64,000 nt of DNA from an uncultured Eubacteriales bacterium (GTDB lineage Bacteria > Bacillota > Clostridia > Lachnospirales > JAISER01): positions 9,211 to 73,210 of the forward strand of contig CAZCQP010000006.1 of NCBI GenBank assembly GCA_964500895.1, given 5' to 3'. Positions 8,648 through 18,370 of this stretch are shown here, piece after piece. A program made the position numbers and the translations under genes. Position 1 is the first letter of the stretch. Each line of letters starts with the position of its first letter. The notes beneath the pieces were generated by a model, which had not been told where the DNA came from, searched no databases, and worked only from the letters and a program-made list of their open reading frames with translations.

Positions 8648-9451
8648 ATGTTTAGCCTTAGCCCTTGGTTGAATCAAGGGGTGGAAGCCTTTCAAAGGTT
8701 AGAGGAAGTGGACTGCCTGGTGTTGGGTGGTTCAAGGGCCACAGCCCAGAACGACCAGAACTCGGATTATGACATGTATGTGTATGCAAACAAGGAACTG
8801 CCTGTGGAAACAAGGAAGGCCATTTTAGAACCCTTGTGTTCCTATATAGAACTGAACAACACCTATTGGGAAACAGAGGACGACTGCATTTTAAAAGACG
8901 GCAACTATTTTGAAATCATTTACCGCAATTTAATGGAGACGGAAAACAACTTGCACAGCACGCTTATAGACGGTAATGCCGGGATGGGCTATACCACGTG
9001 CATCTGCTATAACGTGTTCACCGCCAAAGTGCTCTACGACCCCAAAAACCTGTATCAAGCACTGGTGGAAAAGTATGCCTTCCCTTACCCGGAAGCCCTG
9101 GCACAAAATATTATCATAAAAAACAGGCCCCTTTTAGGGGGCCTCATATCGTCTTATGATCGGCAAATTGAAAAGGCTGTAGCCAGAAAAGACTTTGTAA
9201 GCGTGAATCACCGCATTGCGGCCTTTCTGGCAAGCTATTTCGACATTATTTTTGCATTAAACCGGCTGTACCATCCCGGGGAAAAGCGGTTGGTCAGCTA
9301 TTGCCTTAAACATTGCCAGCATTTGCCCACAGGTTTTGAGCAGGACATTTGCGCATTGTCGTTGGCAACAGAAACCACGGACTTTGAAGGGTTGCTTCAA
9401 AAAATCATTAACAACCTAGATGTGCTGCTTGCCCAGCAAAAGGCTTTTTAA
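8648..9451 (+). CDS. nucleotidyltransferase-domain protein (DUF4037-like)
   Basis: The LGGSRATAQNDQNSDYDMYVY minimal NTase motif near the N-terminus, followed by a helical C-terminal domain. Confidence 0.6.
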   Translation: MFSLSPWLNQGVEAFQRLEEVDCLVLGGSRATAQNDQNSDYDMYVYANKELPVETRKAILEPLCSYIELNNTYWETEDDCILKDGNYFEIIYRNLMETENNLHSTLIDGNAGMGYTTCICYNVFTAKVLYDPKNLYQALVEKYAFPYPEALAQNIIIKNRPLLGGLISSYDRQIEKAVARKDFVSVNHRIAAFLASYFDIIFALNRLYHPGEKRLVSYCLKHCQHLPTGFEQDICALSLATETTDFEGLLQKIINNLDVLLAQQKAF

Positions 9452-10416
9452 GAAGCCTCTGCTTCCCCGTCCGTGTCCAGCAACGCCCGGGCAAAATCTG
9501 CGGCTACAAAAGGCTGCAAGTCTTCCGCCTTTTCGCCCACACCCACAAAGCGGATGGGCACGTTCAGTTCGTGCTTAATGGCCAGCACTACGCCACCCTT
9601 GGCTGTGCCGTCCAGTTTGGTGAGCACCAGCCCCGTGATGTTGGCCGCTTCTTTAAACAGCTTGGCCTGGGACAAAGCATTCTGGCCGGTGGTGGCATCC
9701 AACACCAGCAACACTTCCAGCTGGGCTTCTGGGTAGTTTAAATCAATGATTTTGTATATTTTTTTCAACTCGTCCATCAGGTTTTTCTTGTTGTGCAACC
9801 GGCCGGCAGTGTCACAAATGAGCAGGTCACTGTTGCGGGCGGCGGCGGCTTTCACGCCGTCAAACACCACCGCCCCAGGGTCTGCATTTTCCTGGTGTTT
9901 AATGATGTCTACCCCGGCTCGGTTTGCCCATACATCCAGCTGGTCTATGGCCGCAGCACGGAACGTGTCTGCCGCTGCCAGCAACACTTTTTTGCCTTGG
10001 CTTTTATAATGACTGGCCAGCTTGCCAATGGTGGTGGTTTTGCCCACCCCGTTCACCCCAATGATCAACAGCACTGACGGGCTTTTTAAGTTGAAAGCTT
10101 CCTCGTCTTCGGTTAGGGCATCGGCAATGGTTTGGGCCAGTAGGGCTTTTACTTCTGTGGCGTCCGTGGCCCGGGCTTGCTTCACCCGCTCCCTTAACCG
10201 CTCAATAAGCCATGTGGCGGTGGGCACCCCAATGTCTGCCATAATCAAGGCTTCTTCCAATTCCTCGTACAGGGCTTCATCTATCTTTTGAAAGCCTTTC
10301 AGCGCATTTTCCACGCTGGACATAATGTTTTGCCGGGTTTTACCCAGCCCTGCCAGCATAGTCTTAAAAAAGCCGGTAGCCTTGGGCTTTTCTTGTTTTT
10401 CCATATCGTCTGCCAT
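9448..10416 (-). CDS. ftsY: signal recognition particle receptor FtsY
   Basis: [24 protein letters not shown] and [10 protein letters not shown] motifs. Its stop overlaps the convergent ORF by 4 nt. Confidence 0.96.
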   Translation of the reverse strand: MADDMEKQEKPKATGFFKTMLAGLGKTRQNIMSSVENALKGFQKIDEALYEELEEALIMADIGVPTATWLIERLRERVKQARATDATEVKALLAQTIADALTEDEEAFNLKSPSVLLIIGVNGVGKTTTIGKLASHYKSQGKKVLLAAADTFRAAAIDQLDVWANRAGVDIIKHQENADPGAVVFDGVKAAAARNSDLLICDTAGRLHNKKNLMDELKKIYKIIDLNYPEAQLEVLLVLDATTGQNALSQAKLFKEAANITGLVLTKLDGTAKGGVVLAIKHELNVPIRFVGVGEKAEDLQPFVAADFARALLDTDGEAEAS

Positions 10417-10448
10417 TGTTCTAGTTCCCTTCTATTGTGAATTGCTAT

Positions 10449-13400
10449 TTAAACGGCTTTCACAGCCTGCGCAAAATCTACAGATACCAACTTGGAAATG
10501 CCCTGTTCCTGCATGGTCACCCCATACAGCACGTCGGCGGCCTCCATGGTGCCTTTTCGGTGGGTGATGAGCAAAAACTGGGTGTCCTCTGAAAAATGCT
10601 GCAAAAAATTGGCGTAGCGTTTCACATTGGCGTCGTCCAAAGCGGCATCCACCTCGTCCAAAATGCAGAAGGGGGAAGGTTTCAGCCGCAAAATGCCAAA
10701 AAGCAGGGCAGTGGCCGTTAAAGAACGCTCCCCGCCAGAAAGCAAAGACATGCTTTGCAGCGTTTTCCCCGGCGGACGGGCAATGATGTCTATGCCGCAT
10801 TCTAGCACATTGCTTTCGTCTCCCAGCTTCAAATACGCTTGCCCCCCAGAGAACATCTCCTTAAACACCTGTGCAAAGCTTTCAGAAATGCGGGAAAATT
10901 CCTGCTTAAACTGCTTTTCCATGCCTGCGGTCAGTTCATCAATGAGCACTTTCAGCTGCTTTTCTGCTTCTAAAATGTCTGCACGCTGGGCGGAAAGTTC
11001 CTCGTATTGGGTGCGTACTTCCTTATACTGCTCAATGGCCCCCACGTTCACGTTGCCCAGCCCGGCAATGGCCTCCTTCACCTTGCGCTCGTCCTTTTTC
11101 ATTTGGTCAAAGGGTATGTCTAAGGCCAGGGCTTGGTCGGCATAAGCTTTGGCGGTCTGGGGGGTTAGGCCATATTCTTCCCACAGGTTATCGTACAAGC
11201 TGCGGCGGGTGTCCGTCAAGTGTTCTTTTTTCATGTCCAGTCGGGCCTTTTCTCCTTGCAACGTAAGCAACACCGCCTGGCTTTGATTTTCCAAGTCAGC
11301 CAAGCTGTTGAGTTGGTCGCTTAAAACGGCTTTTTGGGCTTCCAGCTTGGTCAATGCTTCTGTTTGGATGGCGTATTGCTGGGCAAGCTGTGCCTTTTCG
11401 GCTTCAAATGTTTGAATTTCCTGTTCTTTGCCCTGGCAATGGGTTTCTTGGTTTTGGCACTGTGCAGAAAGCTGCTCCATCCGCACCCGGGAAGCGGACA
11501 ACTCTGCATCTATGCGGGCTCTTTCCGAAGCCAGGTTTTCCAGCGATTGGGTTTTGGCGCTTAATGCCACCTTCAAATCCGTAAGCTGTTGAATATGGCT
11601 GTCTTGGGTTTCCCGGTGGGTGGCCATGCTGTTTTGATATTCCGCCAACTGGGCATGCAACTGGCGTAACCCTTCCTCCGCCTGCACCTGGATTACTGCA
11701 TGGCGGCGAATGGCCCGGTTGGTTTCCTGCAAACGAGCCATAAGCTGGCTATCCTGAGCAGCTAAAGCTTCTGCCTGGGCCACAAGGGTGGTCAGTGCTT
11801 CTTCTGCTTGTGCCAAATTTTCTTTCATCGTCACTTGCTCCAGTGCTTTTTCATGCAACAAGCTTTGGTTGTGCCGCTGTTTTTCCTTAATAATGCCCAA
11901 TTGATGGCTTTCCTTTTCCAGCTGGGCTTGTAAGATGTCGTTTTCTGCGGTTAAGGCGGCAATGCTTTCTTTTAAAGCCTTAATCTCCCGGCTGCGGTTG
12001 AAAATGCCGCTGCTTTTCTGGTTCAAGCTGCCCCCGGTCATAGCCCCCCCGGCGCTTAAAAGCTCCCCGTCACAAGTGACCATTTTATGGGCATAGCCAT
12101 ATTTTTTGTGGATGGCCGAGGCGTTGGCCAGCTTGTCCACCACCAGCACATTGCCCAGCAAGTGGGCAAAAACACCCTCATAAGCGGCATCGTAGCGGCA
12201 CAAATCTTTGGCCAGCCCCACCACCCCTTTTTCTTTTAGAAGGTGGTCTTTGTCACGGCCAAGCCCTTTGGCTTTCATGGCGGTCATGGGCAAAAACGTC
12301 ACCCGCCCGGCCTGAGTTTCCTTCAAAAACTGAATGGCGGCCATGGCGTCTTTGTCTGTTTGGGTCACCACGTTTTGGGTGGCTGCACCAAGGGCCACAT
12401 CAATGGCGGTGGCATAGGCGGGCTCTGCCTCCACCAGCTGCCCCACTGCCCCACATACCCCGGCAAAGGCACTGGGCTGTTTCTGCTTTTGTTGCAAAAG
12501 GGTTTTTACGCTTTTGTAGTATCCCTCGTAGCTGTTTTCGTAGTCCGATAATATTTTAAACCGGGAAGAAGCTTCCTGCAAGGTTTTGGCGGCTTGCCGG
12601 TGCTGCACTTCCAATTGTTGCAGCTTTCCAATGGCGGCTTCTTTTTCTCCGGCCAGTGTGGTCTGTTCGTCTTGGATGGCGGCCAAGCTTTCCAAAAGCT
12701 GGGCCTGCAATTTTTTTAATGCGTCTATTTTAAGGCTTCTGGCCTGTCGGGCTGCTTCGTTTTGTTCACATGCTTCTTCCAGTTTTTCCTTTTCTGCTTC
12801 CAGTTGGGTATAGGCGTTTTGCAGCCGGTCGGCTTCCGCCCCGGCCTCTGTGGCCAGCCGGATCTGCTCCATAATGGCCTGGTTGTATTGGTCAATTTGT
12901 TGTTGGCTGCCACTCATGGTCGCGTTTAATGTGGCAAAGGCGGTTTCCTGGGCAGACAAAGCGGCCCGGGCTTCTTCTGTTTGGCGGGCAAGGGTGTCTT
13001 GCTGCTGTTGGGTTTCTGCTAATGTTTCTGCCAATGCGGTTTGGGCGGCTGTTTCCCCGGCCATGGCTTCCTGAATGCGGGCCATTTCCTGCCGGGCATG
13101 CAGCAGCTGTTCTTTGGCCAGTACAATGTCGTTTTCCTTTTGCTCCCGTTGAGAGCGTGCTTCCGCCAGCCGGTGGGCCAGGGTTTTCATGGCTTCTTCG
13201 GCTTGCAGAAAGTTTTCCCTTAACAAGGAGCCATCTTCTTTTAAGGCGTTTAGTTGCCGTTCTTCATCGGTGTGCTGGCGGATGACGGTTTCCAAGTTGG
13301 CATTGATGGTGGCCAAAGCTTCCTCCAGCCGCTGGCTCTCTGTAAGGAACATGCTGATTTGCAGTGCTTTCAGCCGTTCTTTGTATGCCAAATAAGCCTT

Positions 13401-14039
13401 GGCTTTGTCCGACTGGTCTTTGAGGGGTTCCAGCTGGCTTTCTAACACGGAAAGCACGTCTTCCGCCCGGGACAGGTTTTGCCGCTGTTTTTCCAGCTTG
13501 TTCAAGGCTTCCTGCTTCTTGTTTTTAAATTTCACAATACCGGCGGCTTCCTCAAACAAATAACGCCGGTCTTCCGAACGGGCGCTTAGAATTTCCTCAA
13601 TGCGCCCCTGGCCAATGATGGAATAGCCTTCCCGGCCGATGCCTGTGTCCATCAGCAGGCTGTGGATGTCCTTCAACCGGCAAGCCACACCGTTTAACAA
13701 ATAGTCGCTTTCCCCGGAACGAAACACTCGCCGGGTAATTTTCACTTCGTTAAAATCAATGGGCAAAATGTGGCTGCTGTTGTCCATCACGATGGACACC
13801 TCGGCAAAGCCCAGGGGGCGGCGGTTTTCTGTGCCGGCGAAGATCACGTCTTCCATCTTCATCCCCCGAAGGCTTTTGGCGCTTTGTTCCCCCAACACCC
13901 AACGGACGGCATCGGCAATGTTGCTTTTGCCGCTGCCGTTGGGCCCCACCACGGCGGTGAGGTTGTGGTTGAACTCTAGCTTTATTTTATCTGTAAAAGA
14001 CTTAAACCCCTGTATTTCCAGGCGCTTTAAGACATTCAT
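10449..14039 (-). CDS. smc: chromosome segregation protein SMC
   Basis: 1196 aa. N-terminal GPNGSGKSNI Walker A, long coiled coils, a hinge, and C-terminal LSGGE ... ILDEVDAALD. Confidence 0.97.
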   Translation of the reverse strand: MNVLKRLEIQGFKSFTDKIKLEFNHNLTAVVGPNGSGKSNIADAVRWVLGEQSAKSLRGMKMEDVIFAGTENRRPLGFAEVSIVMDNSSHILPIDFNEVKITRRVFRSGESDYLLNGVACRLKDIHSLLMDTGIGREGYSIIGQGRIEEILSARSEDRRYLFEEAAGIVKFKNKKQEALNKLEKQRQNLSRAEDVLSVLESQLEPLKDQSDKAKAYLAYKERLKALQISMFLTESQRLEEALATINANLETVIRQHTDEERQLNALKEDGSLLRENFLQAEEAMKTLAHRLAEARSQREQKENDIVLAKEQLLHARQEMARIQEAMAGETAAQTALAETLAETQQQQDTLARQTEEARAALSAQETAFATLNATMSGSQQQIDQYNQAIMEQIRLATEAGAEADRLQNAYTQLEAEKEKLEEACEQNEAARQARSLKIDALKKLQAQLLESLAAIQDEQTTLAGEKEAAIGKLQQLEVQHRQAAKTLQEASSRFKILSDYENSYEGYYKSVKTLLQQKQKQPSAFAGVCGAVGQLVEAEPAYATAIDVALGAATQNVVTQTDKDAMAAIQFLKETQAGRVTFLPMTAMKAKGLGRDKDHLLKEKGVVGLAKDLCRYDAAYEGVFAHLLGNVLVVDKLANASAIHKKYGYAHKMVTCDGELLSAGGAMTGGSLNQKSSGIFNRSREIKALKESIAALTAENDILQAQLEKESHQLGIIKEKQRHNQSLLHEKALEQVTMKENLAQAEEALTTLVAQAEALAAQDSQLMARLQETNRAIRRHAVIQVQAEEGLRQLHAQLAEYQNSMATHRETQDSHIQQLTDLKVALSAKTQSLENLASERARIDAELSASRVRMEQLSAQCQNQETHCQGKEQEIQTFEAEKAQLAQQYAIQTEALTKLEAQKAVLSDQLNSLADLENQSQAVLLTLQGEKARLDMKKEHLTDTRRSLYDNLWEEYGLTPQTAKAYADQALALDIPFDQMKKDERKVKEAIAGLGNVNVGAIEQYKEVRTQYEELSAQRADILEAEKQLKVLIDELTAGMEKQFKQEFSRISESFAQVFKEMFSGGQAYLKLGDESNVLECGIDIIARPPGKTLQSMSLLSGGERSLTATALLFGILRLKPSPFCILDEVDAALDDANVKRYANFLQHFSEDTQFLLITHRKGTMEAADVLYGVTMQEQGISKLVSVDFAQAVKAV

Positions 14040-14416
14040 TGGGCAACGGCCACCACCTCAATTTCCACCAGGCTGTCTTTGGGCAGGGCAGCCACTTGCA
14101 CGGTGGAGCGGGCGGGGGGATTTTCCGTGAAATAGGTGGCGTACACGGCGTTCATGGCGGCGAAATCCCCTAAATCCTTCATGAAAACGGTGGTTTTCAC
14201 CACGTCTTGAAAGCCCAGGCCGGCTTGGGCCAAAACGGCTTTCAGGTTGGCGAACACTTGCTGGGTTTGGGCGGTGATGTCCCCGTCCACTTTGTTGCCG
14301 TTTACGTCCAGGGGAACCTGGCCGGAGGTGAACAAAAACTGGCCGACACGTACAGCGTGGCTATATGGGCCGATTGGGGGTGCCGCTTCTTTTGCGTTAA
14401 CAATGTTTTTTTCCAT
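14036..14416 (-). CDS. ridA: RidA family (YjgF/L-PSP) enamine/imine deaminase
   Basis: 126 aa. APPIGPYSHAV ... GQVPLD ... PARSTVQVAALPKD ... EIE. 4-nt overlap with the smc start. Confidence 0.92.
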   Translation of the reverse strand: MEKNIVNAKEAAPPIGPYSHAVRVGQFLFTSGQVPLDVNGNKVDGDITAQTQQVFANLKAVLAQAGLGFQDVVKTTVFMKDLGDFAAMNAVYATYFTENPPARSTVQVAALPKDSLVEIEVVAVAQ

Positions 14417-14470
14417 GGGAATGCTCCTTTTTTATCATGTAGTATATGCGTTATTATATATTGCTATTGG

Positions 14471-15994
14471 CTAGTTCAGTTTGCCCACGGCGGCTTCTGC
14501 GGCAGCCAGAACGCTGCCATCGGCCACCAACTGGGCGGCGGCGGCCATGTCTGGGTACAGCACCCGGTCCGAAGCCATGTAGGACACTTTGTTCCGCAAA
14601 GTTTTGTAAGCGGTTTGGCTGCCTGCCCCCAGCTTGGCTGGGTCTGTAAAATCTGCCGCCTGGGATGCGCACAAAAGCTCAATGCCCAACACCTGTTGCA
14701 CGTGCTTTAAAACCTCCCGTGCTTTGCGGGCGGCAATGGTGCCCATGCTCACATGGTCCTCCTGGTTGGCACAGGTGGGGATAGAATCCACACTGGCAGG
14801 GTGTGCCAGCACTTTGTTTTCAGAGACAAGGGCTGCTGCGGCGTACTGGGGAATCATAAAGCCGCAGTTCACGCCTCCTTTTTCCGTTAAAAACGCCGGT
14901 AGGCCACTGAGGGCGGGGTTTAACAGCCGCTCGATGCGCCGCTCGGATACATTGGCGTATTCTGCCATGGCAATCGCCAGTGTATCCATCGCAATGGCCA
15001 CCGGCTGGCCGTGGAAGTTGCCGCCAGAAATGACGGAAGCTTTGTCCCCGGCGAAAATCAGGGGGTTGTCTGTGGCGGCGTTTAGTTCCGCCTCAATCAC
15101 TTCCGTTATATACTGCAAAGCCGGGCGGCTGGCCCCGTGTATTTGGGGAATGCACCGCAGGGAATAGGCATCCTGCACCCGTTTTTCCCCTTGTTTGGTG
15201 GTTAATCCGCTGCCCTGGCACAGTTTTAAAACATTTTCCGCCACGGCCACTTGCCCTTTTTGGTTTCTGGCTTTGTGCAACCGTAGGTCGTAGGCATCCA
15301 CAATGCCTGAAAGGGTTTCCATGGTTAAAGTGCCCACCACGTCTGCGGTTTTGGCTAAAATGTTGGCATCGTATACCGCCAGCGCTGCCGGGCCCATCAT
15401 GGCACACGTACCGTTAATGAGGGCAAGCCCTTCTTTGGCCCTAAGGGCAATGGGGGCAATCCCCGCTTTGGCCAAGGCTTGTCCACCGGGCATCACCGTG
15501 CCTTTGTACTCTGCTTCTCCTTCGCCCATCATCACCAGTGCCATGTGGGCCAATGGGCATAAATCCCCGCTGGCCCCCACAGAGCCTTTTTCGGGAATGA
15601 TGGGATGCACCCCAGCGTTCAACATGTCCACCAATGTTTGTACCACAGACAAGCGAATGCCGGAAAAGCCTTTGGCCAGGGCATTCACCCGCAGCAGCAT
15701 AATCACCCGCACCACTTCGGTGTCAAAGGGTTTGCCCACACCGCAGCAATCGGAATAAATAAGCCGCACTTGCAAATCCACCAGTTCCTCGTCGGAAACA
15801 GCCACGTTGCACAAGCTACCAAAGCCTGTATTTAAACCGTAAATCACGTTACCATCGGCAATAAATTTTTCCACTTGCGCCCGGGATGCATTAATTTTCT
15901 CTTTGCCTTCCGGGGAGACTTCCACCGTGGCCCCTTCCCGGGCAACAGCCACGGTTTGTTCCAGTGTTAAACTTTCTCCGTCCAAGTAAATCAT
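14471..15994 (-). CDS. hutH: histidine ammonia-lyase
   Basis: 507 aa. GSVGASGDL (the MIO-forming ASG motif) and QEDHVSMG. Confidence 0.95.
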   Translation of the reverse strand: MIYLDGESLTLEQTVAVAREGATVEVSPEGKEKINASRAQVEKFIADGNVIYGLNTGFGSLCNVAVSDEELVDLQVRLIYSDCCGVGKPFDTEVVRVIMLLRVNALAKGFSGIRLSVVQTLVDMLNAGVHPIIPEKGSVGASGDLCPLAHMALVMMGEGEAEYKGTVMPGGQALAKAGIAPIALRAKEGLALINGTCAMMGPAALAVYDANILAKTADVVGTLTMETLSGIVDAYDLRLHKARNQKGQVAVAENVLKLCQGSGLTTKQGEKRVQDAYSLRCIPQIHGASRPALQYITEVIEAELNAATDNPLIFAGDKASVISGGNFHGQPVAIAMDTLAIAMAEYANVSERRIERLLNPALSGLPAFLTEKGGVNCGFMIPQYAAAALVSENKVLAHPASVDSIPTCANQEDHVSMGTIAARKAREVLKHVQQVLGIELLCASQAADFTDPAKLGAGSQTAYKTLRNKVSYMASDRVLYPDMAAAAQLVADGSVLAAAEAAVGKLN

Positions 15995-16039
15995 TTAAGT
16001 GCCTCCTTGTGTGGTTGTATTTTGAGTGAAGCTGAACAG

Positions 16040-17293
16040 TTATGCCACAACTTCACCGTTTTTAATCACGGTTTCCACTGGGGAAACCCCCAGCCTGTAA
16101 ACGGCATCTTCAAATTGGGGCACGTGCCAAATTTGCACATCTGCCAGTTTGCCCGGCTCTAAGGTGCCTCGGTCATGGGAAAGCCCCAGTGCTTTAGCAC
16201 CGCCGATGGTGGCAGCCAACAATGCTTCCGCTGGTGTCATGGCGTGGCGGCGGGTGGCCAGCATCATCACAAAGGCCATGGATTCCACCCACACGCCTGG
16301 GTTGCAGTTGGTGCCCAGGGCTAAGGTTAGCCCGGCATCCAACATGGGCCGTGGGTTAAAAGGTTTGGGGTGGTTCACGGCAAAGTCTGTGGTGGGCAGC
16401 ACAACACCGGTGACCCCGGCTTTCACCATCTTTTCAATGGCGGCGGGTGGGGTGTAGTTTAAGTGGTCGGCGGACACCATGCCCATGTCTGCGGCCAAGT
16501 CTGAACCGCCTATGTAGGAATAGCCGTCTGTATGGATTTTAGGCTTTAGCCCCGCATCCAGCCCTGCTTTTAGGATGGTTTCGCATTCTTTGGCATCGTA
16601 GAAGCCATCGTCGCACCAAATGTCGCAAAATACGGCCAGCCCGGAAGCGGCTACGGCAGGGATGGATTCTTTCAGCAGAAGCTCTATGTACTGGGCTTTG
16701 GGCATGTTGGCAGGCCAGGCGTGGGCACCTAAAAAAGTGGGCATAATGTCCACAGGGAAGTTTTTGGCCAGCCGCTGAATCACCCGCAGCTGCTTCATTT
16801 CATCTTCCACATTCAGGCCGTAGCCAGACTTGATTTCAATGGTGGTGGTGCCATTTTGAATCATGGCGGAAAGCCGGGCGGCAGACTGGGCGTACAGCGC
16901 GTCCTCGCTGGCTTCCCTGGTCATGGCCATAGAGGCTTCCAACCCGGTTAAAGGGCAAGCTTTTTGAATGGCTTCCGGGTCGTTGGTGGTAAGCCGAACT
17001 GCATACTCTGCCCGACGGCTTCCCCCAAACACCAGATGGGTGTGGCAGTCTACAAAGCCGGGCACTACCGTTTTACCGGTGGCATCAATCACTTTGGCCA
17101 GTGTGGTATCACACTGTTTGGCCACGGTGTCTTTGCTTCCCACGGCTACAATGCGGTTGCCTTGAATGGCTACGCAGCCCCCTTCAATAATGCCCAGGGG
17201 GTTGCCCGGGGCAGGCACGCAGGTAACCAATTGCCCAGCGTTGGTAATAAGGGTGCCGGCTTGCACTTGTGTGGTTGACGGTGCATTGTCCAT
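16040..17293 (-). CDS. hutI: imidazolonepropionase
   Basis: 417 aa amidohydrolase fold. PGFVDCHTHLVFGG ... HTD ... SADHL. Confidence 0.92.
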   Translation of the reverse strand: MDNAPSTTQVQAGTLITNAGQLVTCVPAPGNPLGIIEGGCVAIQGNRIVAVGSKDTVAKQCDTTLAKVIDATGKTVVPGFVDCHTHLVFGGSRRAEYAVRLTTNDPEAIQKACPLTGLEASMAMTREASEDALYAQSAARLSAMIQNGTTTIEIKSGYGLNVEDEMKQLRVIQRLAKNFPVDIMPTFLGAHAWPANMPKAQYIELLLKESIPAVAASGLAVFCDIWCDDGFYDAKECETILKAGLDAGLKPKIHTDGYSYIGGSDLAADMGMVSADHLNYTPPAAIEKMVKAGVTGVVLPTTDFAVNHPKPFNPRPMLDAGLTLALGTNCNPGVWVESMAFVMMLATRRHAMTPAEALLAATIGGAKALGLSHDRGTLEPGKLADVQIWHVPQFEDAVYRLGVSPVETVIKNGEVVA

Positions 17294-17446
17294 ATGCTAT
17301 TCCTTCCTTCGCTCCAATTTTCTGAAATTGCTATGGGCCAAACATCTTGTCATACATGGGTTTATTTTAACGCAAACGGCCGGTTTTTACAATACAAGCC
17401 AGAAATTAATGAATCAGAAAATTGTGCACAAGCCGACAAAAAGGCA

Positions 17447-17484
17447 TAAAAAATCCTTCCATGTCTATGTGGGCATGGAAGGAT
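17447..17484 (-). terminator. intrinsic terminator of the FlxA-like gene
   Basis: Minus-strand stem ATCCTTCCATG / CATGGAAGGAT (11 bp) followed by TTTTTT. Confidence 0.75.
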
Positions 17485-17493
17485 TTGAAGGGT

Positions 17494-18255
17494 TTATTGC
17501 TTCTTATCTGCTGCGGGTTGCTGGTTTGGGGTGTTGTTGGAACTGTCAATAGAGGTGGGCGTGTTTGGTGTTTCGGCCTGGGCACCATCGTTAGAGGTGC
17601 TTGTATCAGACATGGCTTGGGAAGCCTCATGGATGTCTTTCACCGCTTGCCCCATGTTTTTAGAAGCCTTATCTACCCCTTCTTTAAGTTTGCCAAGGTG
17701 TTGTTCCTTTTTTGCAGTGTTGACGCCCCGGCTTTTGTCCATCTTGATTTCAGATGTCAGCACATTGGCTTCCCCTCGAAGTTGCACTTTCTGTGCATTG
17801 GCACTTTGCAGGTTTTTTAAGCCCCTATCTGCTTCCAGCATAGCCTTTGCATTAAAGCTTAAATCCAGAACCACACCCTCTTCGGTGCTTCCCTTTTCGT
17901 TGACATCAGATTTGCTTTTAGAACCTTTGCCTTGCCCCTTTTTATTTTGCTCCAGCACAGACTCAGACATTTGGTCTATCTTTGCTTTTTCAATTTCCTT
18001 CAGTTGCTTTTCCAATTCCTCAATTTTGCTTTTCTTGGTTTCGGCATCGTAATGGTCGTTTTCGTTTACCTTTTGGATTTGCTTTTGAATGTTTTCAAGC
18101 ATTTTGTCGTAGCGTGCGCTTAACGCCAAAGATAGGCTGGAGCCACTGGGGCTACCTGTGTTTCCCGTTTTGGTTTCACCGGCCTTTTTTGCAACTGTAC
18201 CCATGTGGCCAAAACCGCTGCCTGTTGATGCAAAAGGGATTTTTTGTACTGTCAT
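17494..18255 (-). CDS. hypothetical coiled-coil, Lys/Glu-rich protein (FlxA-like)
   Basis: The segment ENIQKQIQKVNENDHYDAETKKSKIEELEKQLKEIEK resembles FlxA-like proteins. No signal peptide. Start placed at the second ATG (18255), 6 nt after AAGGAGG. Confidence 0.55.
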   Translation of the reverse strand: MTVQKIPFASTGSGFGHMGTVAKKAGETKTGNTGSPSGSSLSLALSARYDKMLENIQKQIQKVNENDHYDAETKKSKIEELEKQLKEIEKAKIDQMSESVLEQNKKGQGKGSKSKSDVNEKGSTEEGVVLDLSFNAKAMLEADRGLKNLQSANAQKVQLRGEANVLTSEIKMDKSRGVNTAKKEQHLGKLKEGVDKASKNMGQAVKDIHEASQAMSDTSTSNDGAQAETPNTPTSIDSSNNTPNQQPAADKKQ

Positions 18256-18280
18256 GGTCATCCTCCTTGATTATTAATGT

Positions 18281-18321
18281 AAAACAAATGTAGTTATAAG
18301 GGGTATAACTACATTTGTTTT
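18281..18321. promoter_or_regulatory. perfect 18-bp inverted repeat (blaR1 terminator and/or paired BlaI-type operators)
   Basis: AAAACAAATGTAGTTATA (18281-18298), a 5-nt loop, then TATAACTACATTTGTTTT (18304-18321). Each arm contains ACA-AA-TGTA. Confidence 0.5.
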
Positions 18322-18370
18322 AACCTCTATTTTATATCGGTGTTTACAGCAAAATAATTTAGAAGATTTT

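Noticed and set aside
10432-14130. Many 60-170-aa ORFs on both strands inside smc
   Set aside because: All lie within the continuous 1196-aa SMC reading frame or antisense to it. They have low-complexity Ala/Ser/Cys-rich translations typical of shadow frames of a coiled-coil gene.
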